A DNA stretch of 64,000 nucleotides from Chiloscyllium plagiosum (lineage: Eukaryota). The stretch is taken from NCBI RefSeq assembly GCF_004010195.1, contig NC_057754.1, forward strand, positions 11,935,609 through 11,999,608. Reading direction: 5' to 3'. The translations under genes were made by a program, and so were the position numbers. This document shows positions 48,615 to 60,849 of the stretch, piece after piece; within the stretch, counting starts at the first letter, position 1, and every line of letters begins with the position of its first letter. The notes below the pieces were generated by a model. That model was not told the DNA's origin. It made no database searches and was given only the letters and a program-made list of their open reading frames with translations.

Positions 48615-50978
48615 TTGTCCAATGTGTACAGGAGAGTTTCCTGACACAGTAGTCGAAGGACCAAAAAGACTGGAGGCCATACTGGATCTGGTGCTTGGTA
48701 ATGAACCAGGCCAGGTGTTTGATTTAGTTGCAGGTGAGCACTTTGAACGGAGTCACCATAATCCAGTTAGGTTTAGTTTAGCGATGCAAAGGGATAAGTG
48801 CATGCCACACGTCAAGAGTTATTGATGGGGAAAGGGCAATTATAATGCGATTAGGCAAGAATTAGGATGCATAGAATGGGGCAGCAAAATGCAGGGAATG
48901 CAGCCAATTGAAATGTGGAGCTGGGTTAAGGAAGAGATATTGCAAGTCCTTGATATGTATGCCCCTGTGAGTTAGGGAGGAAGTAATAAGGTAAGGGAAC
49001 CGTGGTTTACTACAGAAATTGTATCTCTTGTTAAGCGAAAGAAGGAGCCTTATGTGTTGATGAGACAAGATGATTCAACTGAGGCAATGGAGAGTACAGA
49101 TAAGCGAGGAAGGATTTAAAGAGAGACTTAAGAAGAATAAAGAGAGGACACGAACAGTCCTTAGCAAATAGAACAAAGTAGAACCTCAAAGCTTTCGATA
49201 GGTTTGTGAGGAATGAAAGGATGACGAGAGTAGAAACAGGCCACTCAAAGACAGAAGTGGGAAGTTGAGTGTGGACCGTGTGGAGATCGGAGATCTCGAA
49301 CATTTCTCATCGGTTTTCAATCAGGAAACGTAGAATATTGTAGACGGGAAGAATGAAATACGAGATATTAGACTAGAAAGGTTCGAGGTTAGTTACGAAG
49401 AGGTGCTATCAATTTTAGAAGGAGTGAAAGTAGACAAGCCCCCTGGGCTCGATGAGATTTATCTGACGATTCTCTGGGATGCTAGGGTGGAGATAGCAGA
49501 GCCTTTGGCTTTGATATTTGAGTCGTCATTGACTACACGTTTGGCACCAGCGGACTGGAGGATAGCAAATGTTGCGCCTATGTTCAAGAAGGACAGTAGA
49601 GATGACCCAAGTAATTATAGGCCAGTGAGCCTTACTTCTGTTGACGGAAGGTTTTGGAAAGGATTATAAATAAGATTTATAATCATCTAGCAAGCAACAA
49701 TTTGATTCAGGTAGTCAACATGTTTTCGACAAGGGCAGGTCATGTCTCTCAAACCTCATTGGGTTTTTTGAGAAGGTGACCAAGCATGTAGATGAGGGTA
49801 GGGCAGTTGACGTGGTATACATGGACTTCAGTAAAGCCTTTCATAAGGTTCCATATGGTAGGCTGTTGGAGAAAATGGAGAGGTTTGGAATTGATGGTGA
49901 TTTAGCAGTTTGGATTAGAAACTGGCTTTTGGAAAGAAGGCAGCGAATGGTGGTTGATGGAAAATATTCAGCCTGGAGTCCGGTTACTAGTAGTGTGCCA
50001 CAAGGATCTGTTTTGGGACCACTGCTGTTTGTCATTTTTATAAATGATTAAGACGCAGGCATAGGTGGATGGATTAGTAAATTTGCCGACGGCACTAAAG
50101 TCGGTGGAGTAGTGGACGATGTGGAAGAATGTTACAGGTTGTAGGGTGACTTAGATAAACTGCAGAATTGGACTGAGAGGGGGCAAATAGAGTCCAACGC
50201 AGGTAAATGTGAGGTGATGCACTTTGGGAAGATTAACAGGAAGGCAGAGTATTGGGTCAATGGAAAGATTCTTGATAGTGTGGATGTGCAGTGGGATCTT
50301 GGGATGCATGTACATAGATCCCTGAAAATTGCCACCCAGGTGGATAGTGCTGTTAAGAAGGCACATGGTGTGTTAGGTTTCATTCGTAGAGGGATTGAGT
50401 TCAGGAGCCGTTATATCATGCTGCAACTATACAAAATGCTGGTGCGGCCGCACTTGGAATATTTTGTACAGTTCTGGTTCCCATATTTCGGGAAGGATGT
50501 GGAAGCATTGGAAAAGGTGCAGAGGAGATTTACCAGGACGTTGCCTGGTCTGGAGGGAAGGTATTTAGGAGGAAAGGCTGAGAGACTCGTATCTGTTCTC
50601 ATTGGCAAGAAGAAGGCTAAGAGAGAATTTGATCGACACATACAAGATGATCAGAGGATTAGATAGAGTAGACAGTGAAAGTCTTTTTCCTAGGATGACG
50701 ACGTCAGCTTGTATGAGGGGGCATAACTGCAAATTGATGAATGATAGATTTAAGACAGATGTCAGAGACAGGTTCTTTATGCAGAGAGTGGTAAGGGCTT
50801 GGAATGCCCTATCTGCCAATGTAGTCGACTCAGCCACATTAGGGAGATTTTAAACAATCCTTCGGTAAGCACATGGATGATTTTGGGATAGTGTAGGGGG
50901 ATGAGCTGAGGATAGTTCACAGTTCGGCATAACACCAAGGGCCGAAGGGCCTGTTCTGCTCTGTATTGTTCTATGTTC
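48615..50978 (+). mobile_element. 5'-truncated CR1 LINE (EN end, RT, 3' UTR)
   Basis: [45 protein letters not shown]; tail gggccgaagggcctgttctgctctgtattgttctatgttc. Confidence 0.95.
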
Positions 50979-52724
50979 CAGATCCCTTTCAATTCCTGTG
51001 TAACGCGCACAAAGCTTAAAATGTTCTGCTCAGATTTCTGCATAAGAGGCATGAGTGGCTGAATGGACACATTCTGTTCCTGGTTTAGAAACCCGATGGG
51101 CTGAATGTCCTCCTTCTGTTCCTACTTGCAGACTTGACTAACGGATTATCCTGTTCCTGAGTATGAGGCTCAAGGCCTGCTTTTCATTCTGCCATTTCTG
51201 TGTAAAACACTTGAGAATTTATGGAACTTTCCTGTTGCTGGGTAACTGTTGAGGGGTTGCCGGGTCTCCTAATATCCCTGCGTAACAGGTTCACTATAAC
51301 GAACAATCTCGTTCAGCATCCCTGAAATAGGATCGTGGGAATGATTGGACTTCTCTTGATCCTATACAGCAATGAGGTGTTAAAATTATCTCCTTCCTGC
51401 TCACAACATTTCTCAACTATTCTCTCCAATTCCTGTGCACCAGCTCGATGAGCTGAGTGTCTTCCTGTTATCCCAGTGTAACAGCGTCCCATCACTTTGT
51501 GACCTCTTTCAGTTTCTATATTACAGCCATTGGCAGGCTGAATGAACTGATTCTGTTTCCGTTTAACAGGATTCTGGTGCTGCATGACCTGGTCTGGGTC
51601 CAGTATTATAGACTCGAGGGACTGATTGGCCTAAAGCTGTAACTGTATATCAGGCTCCAAGGGCTCAATAGCTTCGTCTATTTCTTGTGTATCAAGGTCC
51701 AAAGCCAGAACATGCTTCTGCTCTTCCGATGTAATAAGCTGGAGAAGTGGAATGGACTTCTCCGTTTGCTGACTCCTTCCAGTTCTCTTTGTAAAATTAA
51801 AATCACCTTAAGCTCTTGGAAGCTCAACCGTGTATTGGATCAGTCTTATCAAACTTTCTTTACAAGTAAACAACTTCATTGCACGAATAATTCGAGAGAA
51901 CCAACTCTTAGCTGCTTCCAATGTAATAATATCCTTTATTCAGTGAGGAGACTAAATCTGCACACACTACTCCAGAGGTTATCTTACTAAGATCCTGTAC
52001 AGCAGCAACAACACTTTGTCAGCCTGCTGTATGTTTCGCACACAGGTTAGAGCAGTCGCAGCTCTCTGGGGAAATGCTCAACATTGTTTTAAGGTCATTG
52101 TCCTTCTCTACTCTTGTATAAAAGAAACCTGGTAAAAATGTTACAACGACGCTTGAGAAGAACAGATAAGGCGTGGAGCGATTAACGTAACATTGAGATC
52201 AGCCTTGGCAAAAAATATCTGGCCTGAATCTCTTACTAATCTCCACAAAGCGCACGTCGCTCAGATTCCACAAAATATGCTGGGTGAAGCTTAGAAAAAG
52301 CAAGGAGAAGCAAACATTGATGTGAGTTACATATCAAAGTAAACATTGGAATTAAAATATTTGGCATGGTATAAGCAGAAAATTAGATTACAAATTTGTT
52401 GATACTGCAATAACAATGAACAAATTCAAGTTTCGTCTAAACTGTGTTTACCAGAGTGCATGTGACTGCGAGGAGAAATTGATTTCGTGACCGTGGATGA
52501 GATGTTTTGCTTTAATAGTATGTTGAGCACCGAGTGAGAAGTCAGGCTCCTATTTTGGTTTGGAGTAATCAGAAGTGTTAATTGCTTTAAATGAGCTTTG
52601 GAGTCGTGGTCACAGTATCTTGAACTGTACAGGGTATCTGAATGCCAAACGGTTTTGTTGTTATTTGAAATTATGGGCTCCATTTTCCTGCTTCCTTTTT
52701 GTAACCTTTTGTTCCATTAACAAC

Positions 52725-53760
52725 GAAGAACTTATCTACCTCTGAATTAAATATACTCAATGACGTGACCTCAACAGCCTTCTATGGCAATGAATTCCAC
52801 CGATTACCACTTTCAGTCTAAAGAAGTCTTTTTATTTCGTTTCACAGTGTCTTCCATTGACTCTCAGGTTGTGCACTCGGGTCCTCGTTTCTAATTCCAA
52901 TGGAAACATCTTCCCAAAGTTCAATCTTTAAAGGTCATTCAGTATTCTCAAGTTTCAATCAGATTCCCCCTAATATTTCTAAGTTTCTAAGTATAAACAC
53001 CGAGTCCTCAAAAGTTCCTCCTCTGTTAAGTATTTTATCCGTGTTTAATTCTCAGCAACCTTCTCTAGACCCTCTCCAGGTCCATTACAATCTTTCTGAG
53101 GTAGGCTGCCAAAAATATTCAAAATATCATCTGAACAGAGCCTTATAAAGCCTCAGAAGCCTCGCGTTTGTATTACAGTCCTCGAGAGATGAAGACCACA
53201 TTATATTTGCCTTCCTAATTACCAATTCAATCTGCACGTTTATCTTAAGAACATCCTGGTCTTGGAATCGCAAGTCCTTTTCCACTTCAGATTTATGAAT
53301 TTTCTTCCCATTTAGCAATTGTGAATGCCTCTATTGTTCCTTTGAAAGTGCATGAACTCACACGTTGCCAGATTGTATTACTTCTGCCACTTCTCTGGCC
53401 ACTCTCCCACTCTATCTATATCATTCTGTTGACTCTCTGCCTCCTCGGTACTGCATGTGCCTCCACATGTCTTTGTATCATCTGCAAAAGGTAGGCAAAA
53501 TATCCTAAATTACTTCATTCATATCATTTAAGAATAGAATGAAAAGTTATGGTCCCAAAAGTGACCTGTTTCCATCTTGAGAAGGAGCACTTTATACCGA
53601 TTCTCTACCTTTTGCCAGACAGCCAGTCATTGATCCATAATAATACCTTGCCTCTAACACCTTAGCACTTATTTTACTGAGGAGCACCCTGTGCAATATC
53701 TTATCAGAGGCGTCATGGAAGTCATTCTGACATCCGTTGGGTCTCTTTCGTCTAACCTGT
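52725..53760 (-). mobile_element. Old CR1 RT and 3' fragment
   Basis: LNGKKIHKSEVEKDL..LYKALFR; FADDTK on - strand near 53470-53490. Confidence 0.75.
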
Positions 53761-53774
53761 CAAAGAAGTCTCAT

Positions 53775-54350
53775 CAGCATGAGAGCAATGTAATTTATTG
53801 AAATGGGGACCAACGAGATGGGTTATAACTACAGACAGAGTGGAAGTGTTCCTCACTGTATGACTTGCCAATGTAAAGAAGACTGCATTGTGAGCAGCAA
53901 TGACAGTAGACTGGATTAAAAGAGTACAAGTGAAATGCCACTTCACCGAGGACCCAGGACAGTGAGGATGGAAGAGGTGAATGGGCACGTTTTGAAGCTT
54001 CTGCAATTGCATTGGACCCCCGTGCCAAGTGGAGTTGGTAAGTGTTCGGAGTGATTGAGAGCTTCACAGAGGGACGGGAGGGGAAGATGTGTTTGAGAGT
54101 GCTGTCCTGCTGGAAGTGACTGAGGATTATCCTGTGAATTAGGTTTCGAGGACAGTGGCAAGTGAGGACAAGGAGCTGTCTACCATTGTTATGGGAAGGA
54201 GGGGAAGTATGAGGTTAGAAGAGCAGGAGATGAGCCAGCCACAGCTGAAGGTCATGCCAATTAGAGTTGGGAGGATCACTGATATTCGGGAAAAGGAGAT
54301 CATGTCGAAGACAAAGACGGAGAAACTGAGAGAATGGAGTCACTCAGAAC
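53775..54350 (-). mobile_element. Penelope-like GIY-YIG fragment
   Basis: HCCSQCSLLYIGKS..EHFHSV. Confidence 0.7.
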
Positions 54351-54767
54351 TGATCATGTGTTCAGACACTTACAGATATTCTCCCTGAATGCTTGAAAAC
54401 AATCAATCATTTTAATTGCGGAAGTAGATCTTATATCCGATCTAAAACGGAGTGTGAAAACAGACTGAAGAGAAGGTCAGTCGATATGTGGGGGAGATAT
54501 TTAAGCAGATATTTTATTATGCTCAGCATTAATTGACAAAAATCAAAAAGAAGGACACGAGAAGAAGCCGAATCACTCATGGTTCACAAAGGCTATCAAG
54601 GATACTATTCAATCACAAACTAAAGAATTCAAATAGACATGAGCTAGTGTCGACGAGATTTGGGATGTTTATTTTCGGAACCAGAGCCAGTATTTTGCAT
54701 AGTTCCTCACAGGGGATGTCACAAAGTATTTCCATAGCTTAAGCAAGGTGGCAATATGAGGGAAGTG

Positions 54768-55100
54768 TAGAATCATAGAATCCCTTCAGCGTGGAAACAG
54801 GCCATTGGTCCAGCAGGTTCACTCTGACACTCCAAAGCGTATCACACCCAGAGCCATTCCACTATCCTTCTACTAATGCACCTAACCAACGTATCCCTGA
54901 ACATTGTGGGCAATTTTGCATGGTCAATTCACCTAACTTGCATTCCTTAAAAAAAATTGAAAAGACTGAATAGTGGGAAGAAATCCATGCAGACACAGGG
55001 AGAAAATAAGCAAACTCCACACAGACGGTCCCTTGAAGTTGAAATTGAATTCGGGTCCAAGGCACTGTGAGACAGCAGTACGAACCACTGAGCCACCTCA
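54768..55100 (-). mobile_element. V-SINE
   Basis: Reverse complement gtggctcagtggttcgtactgctgtctcacagtgcc..gttcaa-like B box; tail gattctatgattcta. Confidence 0.85.
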
Positions 55101-55199
55101 CCTCTCGTAAGATTTGAAATGTCTCTAACAAAACGAACAGTATTTTCTTTTCAAATAGATAATACTAAGGATAGACAGCACAGCAGCAACTGATGCACT

Positions 55200-55915
55200 G
55201 CTTTAAAAGAAGTGGTAACAGAGTGACGGGCGGAATTTTGTGAAATGTTCCAGAGTGTTTCAGCGAAACTGGAGAAACTCCAATATAGTGCCTGTCTTCA
55301 AGAAGGGAGTGAGACATTAAGCAAGAACACATAAGCCATTTAGTGCTGAAATATGCTACAGTGTTATGAAGGAAGCAATTGCAATTAATTTTAAAAAAGC
55401 TTAATGCAATCAGAGTAAAGGTGTTTTGCAAAAGGGAAATTATGTTTTGCACTATATAATGTTGCAAAGTATTGCGGGAGTTCCTGAGAACGTCACAAGA
55501 GGCTTGATAAAGGGGAATGGTTAGGCAGTTTATTGGGCTTTCTATGTCATTCTGAAATGAACAAAATAAACATGCTTAGACAAGACAGAGGTTCCCAGTC
55601 TGACAGATAATTTATTGAATGGATTTAAGATTTGTTACCACAGAGATAAAGAAGAGTCAAGATTAATGTGTTTTTATCGGATTAAAAAGATATATCTATT
55701 GGAAAACCACAAAGAGCAGTCCAAAACCATCTGTTCTTTCCAATCTATACTGATGGCTTGAAGTGGGGCTGACTGCATTGTGTGTCCGAATTTGTGGATG
55801 ACGCAAAAATATGTGGCAGGGCACGTGCCAGGAAGGATGTAAGGAATCTGAAAGTGGAAATAATAAGGTCAGTGAGTGAGCAAATAATTGGTAGGTGGTC
55901 TTTATTGTAAAAGCA
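55200..55915 (+). mobile_element. Old CR1 RT fragment
   Basis: Degenerate FKKG..KPFS and FVDDAK motifs. Confidence 0.55.
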
Positions 55916-55919
55916 CGTA

Positions 55920-56390
55920 CGGGATTAGGAAGTTTTGAGAAGTTGTGTACCTCAGGTTGAGGCTCTGGATGTAAGTTTGCTCGCTGAGCTCGGGGATTCG
56001 TGTTCAGACGTTCTGTCCCCATAGTAGGCAAAACCATCAGTGAGACTCCGGTGAAGCACTAGTGATGTGACTCGCTTTCTATTCATGTGTTCAGGTTTCC
56101 TTGGGTTGGTGATGTAATTTCCTGTTCTTTTTCTAAGTAGATGGTAAATTGGGTCCGAGTCCATGTGTTTCTTAATACAGTTCCCGTTTGAATGCCTTCC
56201 TTCTAGGAATTCTCGTGTGTGTCTCTGTTTGGCTTGTCCTAGGATGAATGTGTTGGCCTAGTGAAAGTGGTGTTCTTCCTCATCTGTATGTAAGTGTACT
56301 AATGATATTGGATCATGCCTTTTTGTGGCTATTTAATGTTCATGTGTCCTGGTGATTAGCATTTTGCATGTTTGTCCAATGTAGTATAAC
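55920..56390 (-). mobile_element. Penelope-like element 3' end (GIY-YIG and pseudo-LTR with decayed HHR)
   Basis: YIGQTCKMLITRTHEH..ILGQAKQRHTREFLE; cactgatggttttgcctactatggggacagaacgtctga. Confidence 0.85.
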
Positions 56391-56399
56391 TGTAACTAA

Positions 56400-57131
56400 C
56401 CCTTGGGAGGGGGGATCACAAAGTGGAAGATGAGGGATTCTTCCTCCAGGTCACAAAGAAACTTTGGGGCATTCTTCCTCCAGGCGTCGGGTGCTAAAGT
56501 TTGGCGATGGAGCAGGCCCAGGACATGCATGTCATTGGTGGAGTGTAGTGCAAGTAAACGTGGCAGTGAAGATTGCCTGATCTTCCGACTTGGTGCCTGC
56601 AGCAAGATCATTTCTTCTTCTGCCTTCGAGCCTGTTGCAGGAACGCCTCATCTTCTTCCTTGGAGTCTCGAAGAACACCTCATTTTCCTCCTTGGGGCCT
56701 GGAGGAAGAACGCCTGATTTTCTGCATTGGGACCCTCAAAATCCGACGGGATCAATGTGGACTTCACATTATTTCATTCTTTCAGCCCGCTGCACTTTAT
56801 CCCAGATCCATCCTTCCAACTTAACACCACCGCCTTGAACTGTCCAACTTGTCAATCTTCCTTCCCACATATCCGCTCCACGTTCCTCTCTGACCTATCA
56901 ATTTCACCCATAACTTCATCTACCTATCGCATTCCCAGCGACCTTCTCCCCAGGTACACACCCGATCCCATTCATATCTCAACCCCCTTGGAATACCTGC
57001 TCATTCTTGATGAAAAGCTTATGCTCAAAACGTCTACTCTCCTCTCTTCAGTTGCTGTCTGACCAGCTTGTTTTTTCAAGTCGACACTATTTGAATCTGA
57101 TCTCCAGCGTCTCCAAGTCCTCACTTTCTCC
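56400..57131. mobile_element. Rearranged PLE 3' end (inverted, with stuttered EERLIF units)
   Basis: - strand LEEESLIFH (56400-56575); + strand QERLIFFLG, EEHLIFLLG, EEERLIFCIG, then pseudo-LTR with decayed HHR at about 57005. Confidence 0.75.
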
Positions 57132-57139
57132 CAATGTGG

Positions 57140-59335
57140 GAAAATTCCATAAACACACACTTGTCAAAAGACAAATTCAGAAAATAGATTTCCTCTCAGC
57201 AGATCTCCAGTCCAGGAAGAAAGAGCATCAAAAGACAATTTGGAGAGAAATCTCAGAGGCAAAGTGTAGCAACTGAAGGTTTACTGTCATCCAACCATTC
57301 TGAGACTCCAGCAAAATCTGGTGATATGTAAAACTAAGAATCCCGGGTCTGTGACAGCTTGACCATCGCTCCCCCGAAGCAGACCACCACTCAACTGAAT
57401 CAGGATGAGACCGTAATGACCATAAGCAACCACCTGTATCCATACCACATGCGCCACTGTAGTTGACTTTCAAAAAATAGCCTAACCCCACCTGGGCCAT
57501 TAAATGATGGTACGATAATTGTTGCAGTTAAGCATAAATAAATAACAGAAAGGTATACAGCACGCTTGGACTGTCCACTGGTGAAGTCCACATTGTTCCC
57601 GTGTACTTGGAGGAAAACAAGGTGGAAGATGAGATGGTCTTCCTCCAGGCCAGATGTAGATAGTCTCGGGAACCCAGCACCTCCTATTCTGTCAAAATAC
57701 AGTACTTTCATCCACCTTGTGAAGAAAAAGCATTATTTCTCTCCCTTAGACTTACTTTGGAATCAGGGATGCGCCATAAACCCAATCGTCAGAGATGTCA
57801 ACTTTCCATTCGCAACCAGTGTTTTTGTGATATATAAAGGTTTACACGAAACGAGTTCACTGGAGAGATTGATGTTACTCTCTATGGATCTTAATTGTGT
57901 CACTGGAGAGCTTCTCTCTTCTATCAGTAAGGGGCTTCCTTCAAACTCTTATCCCATAGTATCAAAGGCAGCATAATCTCTAAGATAATTGGGAGCAGCA
58001 GCTAAAATGAGGAGGAGATGAAGAAAGTCTTATAGCATGAGACTGGAGTGTTTCAAGAATGGATCAGCATCTGGGAAGAAAAGACTGCAATTTTCAACAA
58101 TAAGTAAGGGTTCATGCTGGAGTCTCTACTTGCTTTCTCCAGATTGGCCATTGTTTGAATTCTGGACATGAGGCGTACTTATATTTAGCAAAGATGCAAA
58201 CGATTAGCTTCAGTATCAGTCACAAACGTCAGTTCGTTTCCATGACTCCAAACTTCTCACTCATAAACATCTAAACGTTACAATTTTTTTTCTCCCTAAA
58301 AACTGTTCCTTGGCTCAAGGTTAATCTGTCCATGATATTTTTTTCACCTGAGTAATAAACCAGATCAGTCTCCGATCAGACTCGTTTGGTACAGAGATGA
58401 AAAGGATTTTGAGAGGTGTATGGTTTATATGTAAACAAATGAGACTTCAGGTCAAAGTGGTCATGTTTTCAAACTGACCTGCTGTGTGGAAACTCTCTCT
58501 CTTCATCTAACTTCAACCTGTAAACATGTATTCCATTTATCCTGACTTTTAAAGGCGAGGGGGTGGAGGAGTTGCCTTTTAGGGCTGTTGTGTATATTCG
58601 TAAAAATATAATTAAGTCTAGTTTGGATAGATTGAGTTCTGTAGTTGTTCTCCATTGTTTTCTTTGTGTTTCGCTGTGTAATTTCATGAATAAATGGTTA
58701 TTCTGTTTTTAACTTGGTCGCCAACATTGCTAACTTACTCCAGATAATTTTCACTGTGTACTTACCGAAACAAATTGCAAAGCTATGGTCTGGGCTGCCT
58801 ACTTAAGAATGCGTTGAATGGACTGGACTAGTCTACAATGTAAGAAGGAACAAGGTTGTTCAGACCTTCGAGTCTTCCAGTTACCCTGAACTGTTTTATG
58901 TCTCAGTATTCCCTCTGTCATCAAACCTGACCATACCTAGTGCCACAATATTTCTGCCTCAGTGCTGTTGCTTTATAAGACATCATCTCTCTCTTTGGTA
59001 ACTTCAGATTTTAGGGCTCCAGTTCTCTTCTGGGCACTCTTCCAGTTACAAAAACTTTCAAGCACCAAACTTGTTCCTGTCCCTACAGTTACATCAAAAT
59101 AGAGACTCTGTAACAGAGTAGTAATGTCAACGGACAGATAATTCAGAGGCCGAAATTTTGACTGGAAACACATTGTTGCAAAACCTACCATAACTGATGG
59201 CAGAACGTAAATTCGAATGATAAAGATTGGAATGAAACATAACTTCACTGATAGCAACGAAGAACCATCAGGATTTCTTTTGTTAAAGCCTACCTGATTC
59301 AATGAAGGCCTGTTATAAAGAAATTTAACTTCATT
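57140..59335 (+). pseudogene. Possible decayed coding sequence, interrupted by a PLE scrap (57570-57650) and a probable LTR (about 58305-58838)
   Basis: S/T/K-rich near-open frames without TE motifs. Confidence 0.2.
58305..58838 (+). mobile_element. Probable solo LTR
   Basis: TG...CA ends and LTR-like composition with aataaa; no clean TSD. Confidence 0.35.
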
Positions 59336-59545
59336 AGAGATAGTAAAGACTGTAGATACTGGAAGTCGGATTCGAGAAAATGTGAATCCCGAAAGGGACA
59401 GCATGTCATGTAGCAGTGTATGAGCAGGAAAATTGACGTTTTGGGTCAGGAACTTTCATCAGGACTCTGCACTGACCTGAAGTGTTGATTTCCTGCTCCT
59501 CTGATGATGTTTGACTGACTATGTCTTTCCAGTTCCACATTTTAT
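59335..59545. mobile_element. Mini PLE inverted pair with decayed HHR
   Basis: - strand cctgatgaaagttcctgacccaaaacgtcaat at about 59432-59463. Confidence 0.65.
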
Positions 59546-60495
59546 CCAAATTAACATTATTGCCTTGTTTGGCCTAACTGTGACCTCAAACCCACAGCAA
59601 GGTGGTTATCTCCATATTGGTCTTGCAGTCAAGGGCAATTGGTGATAGACAAGAAATACTGTCCTCTCACGAGCAACAAAATTTAAGTTGAAATCAACTA
59701 AGGAACTGTGAATACTGAGAACTGAGACAAAATTCTCCAGCATCTGAAACTGTTGGAGAATTTCAGCAGGTATGGCAGCCTCTGTCAGGAGAAAAATAGA
59801 TAACATCTCCAGACTTATGACTCTACATCAGAAGTGAAAACAACTGGGAAATGACATTTCTGCCAGGTATGGTTTTGTTGGAGGTGCTGGGGGATGGTGG
59901 AGGGGAGCGTTTGAGCTGAATAGATGGAGAGATGCCCAGAAGGAGTGGGAAGGTGGGGTGGGTGAGGTAGAAATGTGGGGAGAGAGAGAGGGGGAAAAAA
60001 AAACAAAGGTATTGCTGAAGATGAACTGGAAGGAAACAAAACTTGGAAGGTACTCTAACAGTTCCATTTTTCCCATATTCCTAAAAATGGCATTCATTTA
60101 GATGTGTTCCTGTTAAAGTGAATTATGTTCCCTCTGTTTCTCTTCTCTGAATGTGGTGATCCACTTCATCGACAATATAGATGCTGACATGACGAGAAAG
60201 GTGATGTTACAGTGCCAACTGCTTCTTTGGAGAGAGGAACTATTGATGTGGAAATGTGCGGGGATGTAACGGCCTAATAATTTCACCCGGAAGAGAAATA
60301 GAGGAAAGGCAGCCATTTTCAATACTGCATAGGTGCACGACGTGTTTGGGGTATGAATTAATCCTGTCATTGAAAAGTCAGTGGAGGTTCAGTGGATGGT
60401 TTTCTCAGGTTTGTGTTGGCAATTAATATATCATTAAGGAAGATGTGAGGGTCTCGTGATTTCACTCTGGACGAGGTATGTTACTTCATTTCCAG

Positions 60496-60782
60496 GTTAT
60501 CTGGGTCCATGGTAAACAAATGGAGCCAAGATTACACAGAAAGGAAGCTCTGGAAATCGGTCGCTGCAATTTCCTCCCTGGGATTTCCAGCAACAGTTTT
60601 CCAAGCTGGACCTATGGCAGGTGTAAATTATGAAACCAGTTTGGTTCGAAAATGAGGCGGTAACTGAGCTGTGTGCCCCCCTTCCCCCGTCAGTACAACC
60701 TATAGCCTCACACCAGGGACAGGACTGCACTGGCCCTCACCATGACGTCAACTGCTTCAATTTTGGAACTTCCCAGGCAGGA
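60496..60782 (+). pseudogene. Candidate decayed exon
   Basis: Acceptor ttacttcatttccag, donor GGA|GTGAGT; about 95 codons with two TAA stops (GYLGPW*TNGAK..WQV*IMKPVWFENEAVTELCAPLPP..SQAG). Confidence 0.35.
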
Positions 60783-60849
60783 GTGAGTGACATATCCATC
60801 ATCTCCGGAGTGCCGTCCTCCAATGCATTCATTATCTGACTACTGAGCG

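Larger units (their letters stand above)
46765..48630 (+). pseudogene. Candidate decayed large coding exon, interrupted by a SINE
   Basis: Near-open Q/P/T-rich frame 46765-47335; 150-aa ORF 47596-48048; in-frame 42-bp repeats at 48284-48409. Confidence 0.4.

Noticed and set aside
57228..57711. Minus-strand ORFs resembling a receptor TM region
   Set aside because: Partly a Penelope scrap (LEEDHLIFHL); no LRR, TIR or other domain motif
59880..60000. G-rich tract, possible G-quadruplex
   Set aside because: Best explained as the antisense of a C-rich PLE terminal region
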